The position numbers and the translations under genes are program-made. From positions 5,270,001 through 5,334,000 of the forward strand of contig NC_089432.1 of assembly GCF_026210795.1 (NCBI RefSeq): 64,000 nucleotides of DNA, given 5' to 3'. The notes below the pieces were generated by a model. It was given only the letters and a program-made list of their open reading frames with translations, was not told the origin of the DNA and searched no databases. The stretch's first letter is position 1. Each line of letters starts with the position of its first letter. The DNA is from Rhizophagus irregularis (Eukaryota). Positions 38,601 to 53,400 of the stretch are shown here, one piece after another.

Positions 38601-41600
38601 ATGTTACAGCGAATTTGTGGAAATTTTGAAGGCGCAGAAAATGCTCATTTGATCGATAAATGGCAACATGATGTTACAAAAGTATTATCTCTTGTTAATA
38701 AGATAACACGAGCAAAGAATTTACCGGATTTTCAGTTGTTACGTATTGTAAACGATCTAGTTGCGACGAAAACAATTCCTTTAGAAAGTATTAGAGAAAT
38801 TGTTCAACTTGGATTAAGTTTAGACGAGCAAGAAGTTCTCTCTGAGAAATTTATCAACGCTGTATTTGGTAAGCTAGATAAACTAGAACAAAATGAGAAA
38901 AATATAATTCCAAAAAGAACATTTATCATGAGATGCCTTGCGTTGATTCCTATCGAATCAGATGTTCTACTAAGTTTTTATAAAAAATTATTCTCAAATG
39001 AACCTTTTCCATTAATGGGTGCAATCATTGAAAGGATATTTATTAAAGAGAACGTAGAAAATGAGGGCATATTCTTTACAATACTTACAGATTTCGAAGA
39101 AGCTGTAAGACAATCTGCTCGGTTAAATCTTATTAATAAATGTTTAGGAGATTTGGATACAAACATGGCTACTTTATGTTGTGATACCATTGAACAAAGT
39201 TTCTTTATGAATAAGAAATTGGAAAATTTAGCAGCTTTTTTTGGACTGGCTCTTGAAGCTTTACATAAACAAGGAAGACCATCATTACAAAAAATAACTT
39301 CAGTTGCGTTGCTTAAAGAATTCGTTCGCCGATTCTGGGATAGTTTTCTTCCGAAAGATCCTCTTGTATTTGACAAAGCAGATCAAAACAATTTTGATAA
39401 TGAAATAATTAATCAAATCAATAATATTTTGACTTTTTCTCATCCTTTGATTCATTCTCTTAAAATTTATTTTTTAAGAGATTTATGTCGGAGAGGTTTT
39501 TCAATTGATGACATTAAAAGATTTTGTGAAGCTCAAAAAAATTTTTTACCGTGGCTTAAGACTTTCAACTGGGAAGATATTAATGAAAATCGGTTATCTT
39601 TTAATCCATATTGTAATATGCCTGAATATAATGAAACAGAAGACAGTTTTATAACCTTCTATAGTATAGGAAATAAAGCACCTTTCCAAACATTTGTACA
39701 AAAAATGAAGCAAAATATGACTACAACAGCAAAATTATCTTTCATGGGACTCTTATTTGTACGGCTTCATGCTTTAAGAGCTTCAAGAGAATGGCGACAT
39801 TCAGAAGTGCAATCAGCTGATTTATTAACCAAAGAACTTGCTGGAATGAACATATCGAATGTATTTAAAAGAATTGCAACAAATATCTTGTCGAATAACC
39901 AACCTTTACTTCGAATTTACAATTCAGGAATTGATAATACCGAGTTGATTTTAAAATCTGTTATTGCACATATTATCGCTTATCATGCGTCTCTTGAACC
40001 GAATTCATCTCCACTTGCAACGTATTTACACAATCTACAAAATTGTCAGAACTCGTTTATATTAACATGTGTTTGTGACCAACAATCTGCAGATTTTAAT
40101 TTAATTTTGAACGCCATGGGCACAAGTTTTTATTCCTGTATTTGCGGTTATAGATACTTCATTGGAGAATGTGGCAAACCTGTGGCTACTGGTAGTTGCC
40201 CGGATTGTGGAAAAATGATCGGTGGATCTGATCATGTACCAGTAGCTGGAAACAATAGCATTCAAATTCAACCTCTTGCTATAAATTTTAAAGCAGGATA
40301 CATTGGTGAACTAGTCAATCAAAATATGAATGTTATCGTCAGAAGTCTACGACCTGTAGCATATCGTATTTTGCATTTAATTGTTCATGCTCTTATTGGA
40401 GCATCTGAACCTCCAACTGCCCTTGCTTTCCTTCGAAAAAATAATCAAACTGCTACTGATTCTGAAACATATTGTATGAACCATATTCGAAATGATTGGG
40501 AAATTCTGAAGAGACTCCTTTATTGCTCAGATGATGTATATATCTTTTTATTATTATTATTATTTTCTTTATAATCTATTTAATAAAATAGCTAACTAAA
40601 ACAAAATTTTATTATCTTAATCAGAATTTGGCGTTGATATTCCATTCTCTAATTTCCTTAATGATGGAAAGACCTCCCATTCCGAATCAAACGACATATC
40701 CTGAACGCATAAACTGGGAGACATCATTTCAAGATAAATATGTTACACCTCTAACTACGAATATAACGGCGACGGCAACTAATTATCGTATGAAGTTAAA
40801 CGAAGCTCTAACAAAAAATAAAAAAAATAACATAATTGAATGTGAAATTAATCAGACTTTAGTTATGGATAAACAATATCGAAGTGAGAATTTACCAAAT
40901 TTATGGAGAACGATTGGAATAATTAATTTCGATAGTTTTCGTGCTTATTATATGAGCGATTTGACAAGGATCAACGACTATCCATTTCTCTCTGTATTTT
41001 TCAAACATTCTAAACAAATAGAATTACTCAAATATCTTTTACCTATCATAAAATTTGTTCAAATTTTGAATGCCAAACTTGGATATCAATTATTAAGACA
41101 AACGGCAAAAAATATGAATTTTAGACAATTTATAGAAAAGGAATCCAATGATGGTAGAAATGAAGAAATTTTCAATAATTTGAATACCGCTTTTAATGAT
41201 TTTAAACTTGGTTGGAATACAGTAATACCTTTTGTAAATCGATATCAATGTCATGAACTTCCCAATGAAAAACCAGTCATGGGTTATAATCTTCCAGTTA
41301 TTTTTGGTTTAGTGGAACCGAGAGATGCAGGAATTTTCTTATGCGCTATTTTAGATTATTTGGTTGACTTGCAAAACCAGTTCCTACAAGAAGTTATATT
41401 AATTCCACCTGGAACTTGTAAATCTCTCAAGTTTTTAGATGAAATTACATTTGATATCGAACTAGCAATTTTGAAAACAGAACCAGTTATACCCAATGGA
41501 TATTGCCTTCAATCTCTACGCCTTGATCATGTTCGTTCTGGAAATATTATAAATTTTGCTTGGAATGATGAGATTCTTGCATATAGTCAAAGAAATTTAG

Positions 41601-42657
41601 CAATTGCAAGAGGAGAAGATATTATATATGATCTGACAAAGATTGAAACGGAATTGGCAAATATTCTAGTTTTCGAGAAAGTTTATATAGAAACTCTACC
41701 AGATTCACAATTATATCTTGAAACTTTCCCGTATCACATGGAGCTATTTCAAGGATGTATGAGAATTCTTAGTGATATTAAGAACTTAATAACCCAAGAG
41801 CCTATCCCAATCGAAAAAATGAATTCATTAGGCTTTTCTAAAAATTCCCGTTTAGAATACGCTTCAAAATCAACTATAGGTAACTCGTCAGAAATTTTGT
41901 CATCATTGGAAATACTTCTATGTTTCGTCAAGCGTACAGCAGTTGGAAATGGCGACAGATCCATTAAGGAATTTGTTTTACAATGGATGAAACTATCATC
42001 ATTATATGAACATAGAGAATTCTCTAAAATTTTAGACATTGATTTAAGACTTAAACATTTGGTGTCCTTATATGAGCTCGTCGAAGAACAAGTTGCCGAT
42101 GTTAAAATTAAATATATTCATGAAAAATATCAGGAAAAACTTTCAACGGATATGGAGGTTGCAATAACGGAATCTATAGGTTTTGAGCAGAAAACTACAA
42201 CGAAAAAAGTTATACAAGCAGAAACATTCGCATTAGCTTTAAAACGATTCATGTTACGATTTTTAACTTTAGAGAATCAAAAAGAAACGGATCCATTAAA
42301 AATTTATTTACAAGATGGTTCATTAAATTTTTGGCCTTCAACAGTTCCAGAGGAACTTGTTGATGAATTGTTTCCAGAAAATTTATTGGTAGCTAATACA
42401 TATAATGCTTATACATTCACAATGAAAAAGATTGAGGTAAGAAAATTTATAAACATATATTTAAATTTTAATTATTTTTAAATTAAAATAATAATTTTGT
42501 ATATTAATAATTTCTTAAGCAAACGATGAAAAAACAAGTATATGTCGCTAAAAATAGAATCAATGATCTAACAAACCTAAACCAAACGGAACCTACAGAT
42601 AGTATAAATACGTCAAGAAGACCAAGAAATGGCCGACTTAAATTTGATGCGATGTAG
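26601..42657 (+). CDS. RNF213: RNF213/mysterin-like giant AAA+ ATPase / RZ-finger E3 ligase, copy B (complete, about 14 exons, about 5,000 aa)
   Basis: ATG at 26601, matching the copy C start context. CBM20-like domain at about 28272-28560. Walker motifs SGQGKT, GEAGCGK|TS, WLFFDEIN, GAPGSSKS and VVLLDE|VGLAE, plus LRDYY, GSQFPDD and LLNRFEK, all matching RNF213 AAA modules. RZ finger at 40128-40235. Final exon 42520-42657 ends ..KFDAM*. Confidence 0.92.
26910..27930 (+). repeat. Coding tandem repeat, 129-bp (43-aa) unit, about 8 tandem copies plus 1 detached
   Basis: Unit EEQIDETTRYPKNKNSQNLPMHGGNRRKLGNMNDSSQDENDDY; 129-bp period between 27039 and 27168. Confidence 0.9.
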
Positions 42658-44361
42658 AAACTCTTTTTCTTGTTATCCGACTATTTAAATTCGTAGTATA
42701 TATATATAGTATCTTTATTGTTATTTTATATAAATCATCAAATTATCAGAAATATATTAGATGTTTAAATTTGCCTGAGAAATCTTTAACGTTATTATTA
42801 ATAAAATTTATTATTACGACAAATGTCCGGATGGTCGTCCGGCAAAAATGTCATTCTTGATATCTATCTAATTAAAAAAATTGTCATATTTATAAATAAT
42901 TTGAATTGTGTAACATTGAAAAGTGTGATATTCTTGCGCCCGATCTATTTCGTATTTATCATATCATAATTAAGAAAATCTTTAAACTGATACATTTCCG
43001 GTTAATTAAAATTTTAACTGGATTTTTTTTTATTCTAATAAATTAATACTAACAAAAAAAAGTATATTAATTGCGCTCTCTTAGTTACCACAACAACTAA
43101 CCATTTCTATTAGATAGACAATAATAATTTTTTTTTTATTTTCGGATTTTACCGTAAAAACTGAAACTACCTTTTAATCTTTTTTATTAATTTTTTTTAT
43201 CCCTTCGGTTAACTTTAACCAAAATTTTTACTTATTCTTTTTTTATTATATTTTTATTGGATCGGAATTTATCAAAGTTTTTGGTTAACCCAAAAGAATA
43301 TTAATTATATAGATACATAACAATATTTACCTGCATATTAATTTATTTAAAAATTTATATTTTATTACTCTCATAATCTAATTATTAATCAAAGTGAGCT
43401 TCTAATTGTGACTAAAAATTTAATATTATATAGTAATACTACTACTCCCGGGGACAACTGCTAGTATGAAAATAAAATAAATATATGCATATTTTTAAAT
43501 AATGTCGGGGCGGAAAGCTATTACAATTCTTAAACGCTAACTGAAGTTATCATAATTCTGGCACGTATAGATAATAGTAAATCTTTTTGTATACATTTCG
43601 GGACTAGACTAGTATGTTTCCATTCCCATTTTTCACAAAATAATTTATTTTGCTACAGAATTATAATAAAATTTCAAAAACAGTTTAAGCTTATTTACAC
43701 TCATTCCTTACTAGATTGTGGTGGTGGCGGTCTGGCGGAGTGTATTTTAATTTTCAATTAAATATTTGAATACCATCTAATTTATACCTAATTTTGACCT
43801 GATATTTCTTTCTTTTTCATCAGATATACTATTGTGCAAGCGAAGATAATTAATTAATTATTATTTTCATTCTATTATTAAATATAAGATCTGAATTATC
43901 ATAGATTTGGCTGATATTATAAGTAAATATTGAGAAAATAGTTTCATGCACGATAAATTATAAATAAATGCAAGTACATTTTTGTTTCATCAGATGGAAA
44001 CTGAATTACTTTTGTGAAAAAGGAAGTACAATACTGTAAATTTAAATTTTGAAGATAAAAAGTTGTCTAAAAAACCGAAAGCTTGAATAAATCAATAAAT
44101 CATTTCATTTTACTTCCGTACACAAATTCAGAATATTATTTCGTGGATCTATCTCAAAATTCTTTATAGATACGCGTTTAAAAATTAGTATATATAACTC
44201 AAACATATATGGTTGCGATAAATTCAGTATAATTCGGCATTTACTCTTTAATTTTAACTGATGTCATATAAATAATTTGACGCAATAGATAAATTAATGA
44301 CAATCTTCTTCAGTGACACTCTTCTTCTTTACAACTTCTCATTTATTCCTGAAAATAAAAA

Positions 44362-44510
44362 ATGTAAAAATTAAATAATGATCTTTATAAAATTTTTCAA
44401 AATTTACGTGACTTAATCAAATAATGTAAGAAATTATAAAAATCTCTACATTTTTGTTTGTTAGTTGGTATGAAGTCATGATGATTTCAATTTTAAGGAG
44501 TTATCCTTAT
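44362..44510 (+). pseudogene. F-box relic, paralog of 24063-24200
   Basis: atgtaaaaattaaataatgat...tctctacatttttgtttgttag...tggtatgaagtcat; more degraded, with an early stop. Confidence 0.45.
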
Positions 44511-45201
44511 AAATATGCTTATAAAGTGTAACTGATAATTCAATTAAATATTTGAAAGATGAAAATATCATAAAAGCAAATATCTATGAAGAAATTTATA
44601 AGTGAATGTTCATCTATAAAAAGTTTTCGTTTAGACTAGCTGTAACCTGTTGCGTTGCAGAAGGATTAATTTACGAATTTCAGAAAAAATTTCAGTCTAA
44701 GAAATGGAAAAAAAGTACTTTAAAAAAAAAAAGTTCGGTCTATAAGAAGCATATTTTTTTCAATTTCCGAGTTTATAAGAATTGAGATATATATATTAAA
44801 AGTAACCGGATAGCTTTAACGATGCAATCTGCTGCGTCCAATTGCATCGTTCTGAATAGCCAAAAGTGAAATATGATGACTAATAAGTAATAAGACAAAT
44901 TAAACCTTTTCGTTAATTAAAAATATCAACAACGGAACAATGAAAATCTCAGATTGGCTATCAAAATGTACACATGACTCCGACAACCAATCGAATTATT
45001 TAAAAGCAAATTTACAACACATAAGCTATATTATTTAATGACACTTGTCTACATAAAATTATCACATAATTTACAGGATTTTATGAAAACAAGAAAAAAA
45101 ATAAAAAAAAGGGGAACCGAAAAAAATCAGATCGGTTCGAAAGAAAAAAAAAAAAAAATTTCCGATTATTAACCGGAATTGGATTAGAAATACGTGCCTT
45201 A

Positions 45202-45973
45202 CAGCTGTTCGGGACAAAGTAAAATTTTGAACCCGACATCCGGTCTGGCATGTCGGATGTCGGATTGTCACGTAATATACGATAATAGTTAAAATAGTTA
45301 AACGATATAATTCATTGATTCATAATTTCATATCATATTTATATTTATTTTTCCAAATATAAATATAAATATATATATATATATATGTCTCAGACTAAAT
45401 CTTTAACTTATAGTCCTAATATTTGCTCGATATGTTTAGTTTGTATAACTTGCTTGTGCAAGAAGTGGAAATAATTGTATTTGTGCACCCCAAGACTATT
45501 ATAAAAAATCAAGAGGATCTCTTCGCAAACCAATTACAAAAATAATGGATATATAAAATATAAGAAAGCAATAGATTATGCCTTTCTTACATGGTTTAAA
45601 GCTAATGTACCTATTATTACCTATTATACTTAAAGTTCCTGAGAGTTTAGATTTTGTTAACATATGCAAAAGCTGCATCAACAAATATGAAATCAAAACA
45701 ACAAAAACAAATATAAATATTTAATATCTTTGAAACCGCGAAGGTTAGTCCGATAGTTATATCAGAAGATAAAATCAATGTAGATTAGATGATCAAGAAA
45801 TGAATAATCTTATTCCAAAACTCATATCTAAGGACGAAAATCCAAAGAAAGGTTAGTTGTTCAAAGTAAAATCTTGATTCACGTGACAATCCGACATCCG
45901 AGTGATCCGACATACTAGACCGGATGTCGGGTTCAAAATTTTACTTTTGTCCCGAATAATACGAAAACAGCTA
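45202..45973. mobile_element. Tc1/mariner-type non-autonomous element (about 770 bp)
   Basis: Long imperfect TIRs: ttcgggacaaagtaaaattttgaacccgacatccggtct from 45208, with its reverse complement ending at 45956. Outer termini TA|cagctg and cagcta|TA. The right end resembles 18336-18383. Not seen in the paralogous spacer upstream of B. Confidence 0.75.
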
Positions 45974-47417
45974 TAACTCCACCCCTGCCTGAGAACGAGG
46001 GCTCTTCAGTCAAAGACCAAAGGTTTAGATGGACAATCAGCAGGAAACTGTATAAGTGAATTATATAGGATCCTCAGAGGCCATACGCTGACAAACGTTA
46101 CGGTTACTTAGTTTATATAGATAGATAATAGAATGTCTTGAATATAAAGCCACATGATCAATTTTAGTTACATAATTGATCAGCGACTAAACCATAACGA
46201 GCCTATAATGAACGCTGGAAGATCTGATTTTAATTGAATGGATTACGTAGTGAATTTGTTATATTTTAAAGTTACCGTATTTATATCAATTGATAATTTA
46301 GTTAATTAATAAGTTTGTTAAAATAGAAATAATGAATAATCCATACTAATATTAAATATTAAACCATACATTCCGTACTGTGCGCCATACACTCTTGATT
46401 TTGGTTATAAATAAAATTATTATTAATTGACCTAATGGTCAGATAAATAACAACTACATTAAATTGTACTTTAATTTGGAGTGCCTCAACTTTATGTGTA
46501 ATAATACTTTTTTATGTGTAATAATCCATCACTTCCTAATTAATTCAACTTTTGGGTCGGTTTGTTTACACTCATGCTTATGCTTATCATTATACTTGTT
46601 GTGATGCTTATTGATAAATTCTTTAACAGTACATAATCGTTCACAATATATATACTGTATATATATACTATGTAATAGCTAGTAATCTATTAGCAATGGC
46701 GATATTATAGTAAACTATAGTTCGCCTTTTGACATCAAAACGAATTCACCTTGGACTGATTCTAATTAACCTTTTTTGTTTTAGATTAGTTTTCCTAACT
46801 CATTGATTTGGTTTAATTTCATATCGATGGTGATAATCAGAATCTGTATTTTATAAATAATCATTTTTAACGTTTAATGATTATATAAAAAAATAAAATT
46901 TTCTTTGAAGATTGTTTTTGATTGCCTTTAACGATTAACCAAAAATGTGAATGTACAACGTGTTGATTCAACGATTTAGTCGATTCATCCTAATTTGCAC
47001 GTAAATCAATTTTGCACTTTATTTTATTTTATTTTATTTTTTTTTGCTTTTTCGATTTCATAAAAATTAATAATAAAAAAAAACCTTATTTTTACTCCAG
47101 TTAAATTTTTTTTTTTATTATTTTCAAACTAAAAAGTATGAATTTAATTTAAGTTACATTCTATAAAATTGGTATGAATGAAGAGTTTATTTGTTAAAAT
47201 GGATAACCATTCTTTCTTAAAAAAATTCAATCAGTATAATAAAAAGCAATTGTCGATTTTTCATTTTCTTTTTTATTTCAAAAAAAAAAAAAAATTATCA
47301 ATTATTTGAATTATTTGAAAATTTTTTCTTTTTCCTTGCTTGTGACTGAAATTAAAATTTTATTTTATTTTATTTTCTTTTATATCCCCGATTTTTTAAC
47401 GAATTAATTTATTTAAT

Positions 47418-50400
47418 ATGGAACAAGAAGTAAATATAAGAAATGAGGATGATACCGTATCCAATAATGATGAAGAAGAGTCATTAATAGATTCTTCTTT
47501 ACAAGTTCCACGTTCCGGTGTAGAAAAAAATTTATTTGCAAATAAAGTAAGAGATATGATGAACAATGGATATTCCTTTGGTAATGATAAAATAGAAATA
47601 GTAGATGAGTCGATTGACACAATTCATAATAATAATGTACGTAATTCTGATATCGATGAACATAATGATACCTCTAATTCCGAAGATGATGATACCAGCA
47701 ACTCTCAGGTCAAGAATTATGATTATCATGAAGATATCATTCCATCTACATCAGGTCACAATCGTATTGATAAGGAAAAGGAATTTGAATCTAATTATAG
47801 AGAACAAAAGGATGAATTTACTCGTCGTCCAAAAAATAAAGATAGTGATGATGATTCAGCAAATGAAGAGATCAAGATGCCAATTTCAAAATCTCGCTAC
47901 GCTGTGAGAAATCGACGAGAGACGTCAGATGATGCCAATGGCAATGACGATAACGATTATGATGACAATATTAGCGACTCTCAGGTCAAGAATTATGATT
48001 ATCGTGAAGATGTCATTCCATCTACATCAGGACACAATCGTATTGATAAGAAAAAGAAATTTGAATCTAATTATAGAGAACAAAAGAATGAATTTACTCG
48101 TCGTCCAAATTATCAAGATAGTCGTGATGATTCAAATCCTCGTTATGTTGTGAAAAATAGAAAGAAATTTGAAATGTCAGATGATGTCAATGACAATGTC
48201 GATAACGATTATGATGACAATATCGGCGATAATCGGGTCAAGGGCGATGATTATTATGAAGATGTCATTCCATCTTCATCAGGACATAATCGTATTGATA
48301 AGAAAAAGGAATTTGAATCTAATTATAGAAAACAAAAGGATGAATTTACTCGCCGTCAAAAAAATCAAGACGGTAGTGATGATTCAACAGATGAAAAGAT
48401 TAAGAAGCAAATTTCAAAATCTCGTTACGCTGTGGAAAACCGAGAGATGTCAGATGATGAAAATGAAAACGATAATGATGATGAAGAGCCTGAGTTTTAT
48501 GGAGAACAAATGGATGAAACCACTCGATATCCAAAACATAAAAATGGCCAAAATTTATCTATACATGCCGGTAATCAAAAGAAATTAGACAATACAAGTG
48601 ACTCCTCTCAAGATGAAAATGATAATTATGAAGAACAAATAGATGAAACTACTCGATATCCAAAAAATAAAAACAATCAAAGTCTATCTATACATGGCGG
48701 TAACCAAAAAAAATTAGATAACACGAGTGACTCCCAGGACGAGAATGATGATTATGAAGAACAAGCGGATGAAACTAATAGTTATCCATATAATAAAAAT
48801 GGCCAAAAACTATCTACGCATGACAGTAACCGAAAGAAATTAGACAACATAAGCGATTCATCACAGGATGAGAATGATGATTATGAAGAACAAATGGATG
48901 AAACTACTGAATATCCAAATAATAAAAATAGTCAAAATTTGCCTATACACGGAGGTAACCGAAGAAAATTAGGCAATATAAGTGACTCCTCGCAGGATGA
49001 GAATGATGATTATGAAGAACAAATGGATGAAACTACTGAATATCCAAAAGATAAAAACAATCAAAATCTGTCTATGCATAGACACGGAGGTAACCGAAGA
49101 AAATTAGGCAATATAAGTGACTCCTCGCAGGATGAGAATGATGATTATGAAGAACAAATAGATGAAACTACTAGATATCCAAAAGATAAAAACAATCAAA
49201 ATCTGTCTATGCATAGAGGTATCCAAAAGAAATTAGATAACACGAGCGACCCCTCCCAGGGCGAGAATGATGATTATGAAGAACAAGTGGATGAAACTAA
49301 TAAATATCCGTATAATAAAAATGGTCAAAATCTATCTACGCATGACAGTAACCGAAAGAAATTAGATAACATGAACGATTCCTCACAGGATGAGAATGAT
49401 GATTATGAAGGTGATTATGAAGAACAAACGGATGAAACTACTGAATATCCAAATAATAAAAATAGCCAAAATTTGCCTATACATGGAGGTGACCGAAGAA
49501 AATTAGGCAATATAATCAATATAAGTGACTCGCAGGATGAGAATGATGATTATGAAGAACAAATAGATGAAACTGCTAGATATCCAAAAGATAAAAACAA
49601 TCAAACTCTGTCTATGCATGGAGGTAACCAAAAGAAGTTAGATAACATGAGTTACTCCTCCAAAGATGAGAATGATGAATATAAAGATAGTGACTTTTTA
49701 CCTTCAGGTCATGTTAATAAAAATAATCAAAATCTATTTATTCAAGGCGATAATCGAAGGAAATTAGATGATAACAATGTTAACGATTCCCAAAATAGTC
49801 AAAATTTAACTAGAGATAATGAAGATAATTATAGCGGCAATAGTCAAGAAAAAAATCGGAAACCAAATAATAGTAGTTCCATATGGCCTAACTTGACTAC
49901 CATGCCTGGCATTATTAATAGATTGATGCCTGGTAGTAGCAAAGACGAGGATGAGATCAAAGTTATTTTCCATGTTCATTTTCCGGAAGGTATTGATAAA
50001 GTTGGAAACCCCGTAGTTCTTGGCAATGTAAAAGAATTAGGATCTTGGAAAAGTCCTATTATAAAGCTTAGTCCGCAAAAAAATCGAACATATTGGCGAT
50101 CCAGTCCAGTTATTATATCATCATCTTCTGTAAGAGGCGAAATTCAATATAAATATGCTATTCATGTACCCGCCAAAACTTTATACGGTCTTGGAAGATT
50201 TGGGAGAGAAGAAATTATATTTGAAGGAAATGGTGATAGAGATAATCGCATGTTGAATATTGAGAGAAATAATCAATTTGATATTTTCATAAACAATAAT
50301 CAATTACCTCGTTTATATCCTAATACTATACGTGATTTTGCTTTTGTGGATTACATTTATAATTCTATAAATGCTGACAACCTTAAAGCTAAAGTTATGG

Positions 50401-53400
50401 AATACCAACACTTATTAATTCTTCACAATGATTATACAATCCGTGCGTCAAATCTCGATTTCATTGCCGATCGCATTGATGTAAAAAACAAAGACAAACG
50501 ACTTTTCTTATGTTTTCTCTTAGGACATTATAATACTTCAAGAAGACGAGGTTCATTTTATGAATTACAGAATAAATTTCAATCTGGTTTGTTGCTTGAT
50601 GCACTTGAAGGCTATAAACAAGATACTTTACCTTCAAACACTAAAAACCAGATGTCTAGTGCCATCATAACTTTAGTTCAGCATAATGCTTTTCAGATGC
50701 AATTTAATTGGCTCATTATTTTTACAATTGCATCTGAAGTTGACCCTAATTTTTCTTTCATTGACCATTTAAAATCTTTAAAATATTCTAATGACAAATT
50801 AGTAAAATTCATTCAAGGAATTGAAATTATCAAATCTTATATTGATGGCACTGAACCTGAATTCTATATTAAGATTGCGAAGGTAAATTTTAATATAATT
50901 ATTGTGTCAATTTTACTTACAATAAATCTTTTTTTTTAAAAAAAAATATTTCTTTTATAGTGGTTAATTCAATTATGTCATAATATGGATCACCTTTTTG
51001 TACTTTGGAATGATATTCTCTCACATAGCAGCGAACTTGACAAAAGTATTTTTAAGCACTTTATTGAACAAATTCGAGAAAGTAGCTCTCATGATGATGC
51101 TGCTGCTTTAGAAAATCATTTTAAAAGACTCCCAAGAGATTATCGACAAGATGTATCTGAAGTTTTCCGGTCTCGTACATTATTTTTACTTGAAGTTTCG
51201 AACAGAGATTGGACAAAGGAAAATATCACTGCTATTAAAAACCTTCTTCATGAGGATAACCTAAACTGGGGCAGAGAGGAAGTTATTCGATTATTAGATT
51301 TAACATCTCGATCAAATACCTTGGAATTATTAAATATATTTCCTGAAATTTTAGATAATTGGTTTCGTAATAATTTTTCCGACACTAAAGAGAACAAGAT
51401 ACCGACAACCTGTGTGGCTTGGTTTAAAAATCTTTTAATCAAACTTGACACGGGTACGAGCACAAAAAATAGAAAAGAAAATAACATTGTGTTTTCGGTA
51501 TTTTTACATTTAGAACACATATACCCTTTGCTTGGTCATCGAAAAAATGTTTGGCAAAGCTTGACAACCAGTGCTATCGAAAGAGTTAGAGTATGTTCGG
51601 AATCTCAAATATTTGGCGCTACAAAATTTATAGTACAGATAAAAGAACAAGATATTAGAACGTTATTTTTAGATATGATAAAAGAAATGCTGAATAAGGC
51701 CGTACGACAAATTGATGATCAACTAATAAATAAAATTTATACAATATGCAATTGCAAAGGAAAGAATTTGGAAGTCCCAAACAAGTAAGTTCTTTAAAAA
51801 ATTTGATCTTTTTGTTAAATACAATTACTTATATATAATATATATTTATTTATTTTTTTATCAATTTATAATTATCAGGGTGAGCGAAGAAATTTTGTAT
51901 CATATCATTACTAGGTTACAAAACCAATCATCCGCATCTGATCCTTCGGAATATCATTTAAATATTCTAAGAGCAAGTCAATTTTGGAGTATTATATTAC
52001 GTTCTACTGGAAATGTTACGAAACTTCATTCAAATCCATTTGTTCAGCGTGTTAAAATGTCAATCAATAAACTTGGTGAATTACTACGTGAAAAGACAAT
52101 TGATATGCAATTGTTACAACAACTCTTAGACTTTTCTGATGAAAGATTATTTCAACATTTTGATGCAGCTGTTTCTGAAAAGAAAGCCATAGTTGATGTG
52201 ATTGTATCTCAAGATGAAATTGAAGAAATTAGAAAACTTTGTGGCAACTTTCAACTTCAGCTTGATATACTTTTCAAGTTTTATAACGAATTTTGTCCAA
52301 TTTCTCAAGTAACAGATGTGGATGATTACATTCAAGACGTAAAGAAACATATGGCAAGCTCAAATAAAGTGATGTTGAGAGAAGTGTTATCGCAAGATTA
52401 TTGGGCGTTCCATGAAAAAACTTTGTTCATTTCAAGACGTTGCTACAAATATATTCAATCTCGATTTTTTCGAAATATCTTTGAACGTTATGTCCAGGAA
52501 GATACTGCTGCAACAAAAGTAGAGTACATAGCGCAAAGATTAATGCCAGAAGTTTTTAAAAAATATGATACATACTGTGAACAATTTAAAGAATGGGAAA
52601 AGCTCAAATGTTCAGATGCATCTTTATTCTGGAACAATGTTACAGATGTAAATGCGGAGCTTGATTTAATGGAGGTTTATAAAGAACATAAAAATCAAAA
52701 ATTAATACAAACCCTTGACCATCTTTCAAAAATTTCTCTCTGGACTAAACGACTTGTGGAATTAGAGAAAGTTGTAAACCTTTTTAAAATACTACGTAGT
52801 GAGAATGATTGGCTAAATAAATCACTTGAATTTTTAAAAGACAATTCTAAGAAACTTAGCCAAGTTAATAGTTTTTTTAATTGTCTTAATAATAATATTT
52901 CCAATGCTAATCAAGAATGTTGGAAGTTGATAAAAGAGCTATCAAATGCTGATGGTTTTATAAGTTTTTTAGAAGAAATTGTCGAACACGATATTAAAAA
53001 TTTGATAAATGGTGTGGATGACCATTCAGATGAAAGATTGGTTCAAGAAGATACAGTTTCATCACTTATTCAAGTCAAGCAAATTTTATTGCCATTTATG
53101 AATAAGAATAAAAGAGATGATATTGCTAGTTTTTTAGCTTCACTATCAAATATTATAAAAAAGAATCCTACTTTAGGGGAGAAGATTGCATTATGTAACA
53201 GTTGTCATATGGCGTTACGAAATATATATAAGAACATTTCAGATCGTGGCGAAGTAACTAAGGAAAAAATCAAAAATGCCGTACTTAATGGGAGTTATAC
53301 TTTTGGACGTGATGAAAAAGAAGACAAGTGTTTAGTTTTGTTAAAATATACTTCTAGAACTTCTAAATCAGAGATGTTAATGACATATAATATGAATGAA

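Noticed and set aside
26592..42481. Treating the many ORFs as separate genes in an operon
   Set aside because: They are joined by canonical GT-AG introns that split motifs (GCGK|TS, LLDE|VG), so they form one gene.
47605..48588. Met/Ile-rich alternative-frame ORFs
   Set aside because: Out-of-frame reading of GAT/AAT-rich repeats in copy C exon 1.
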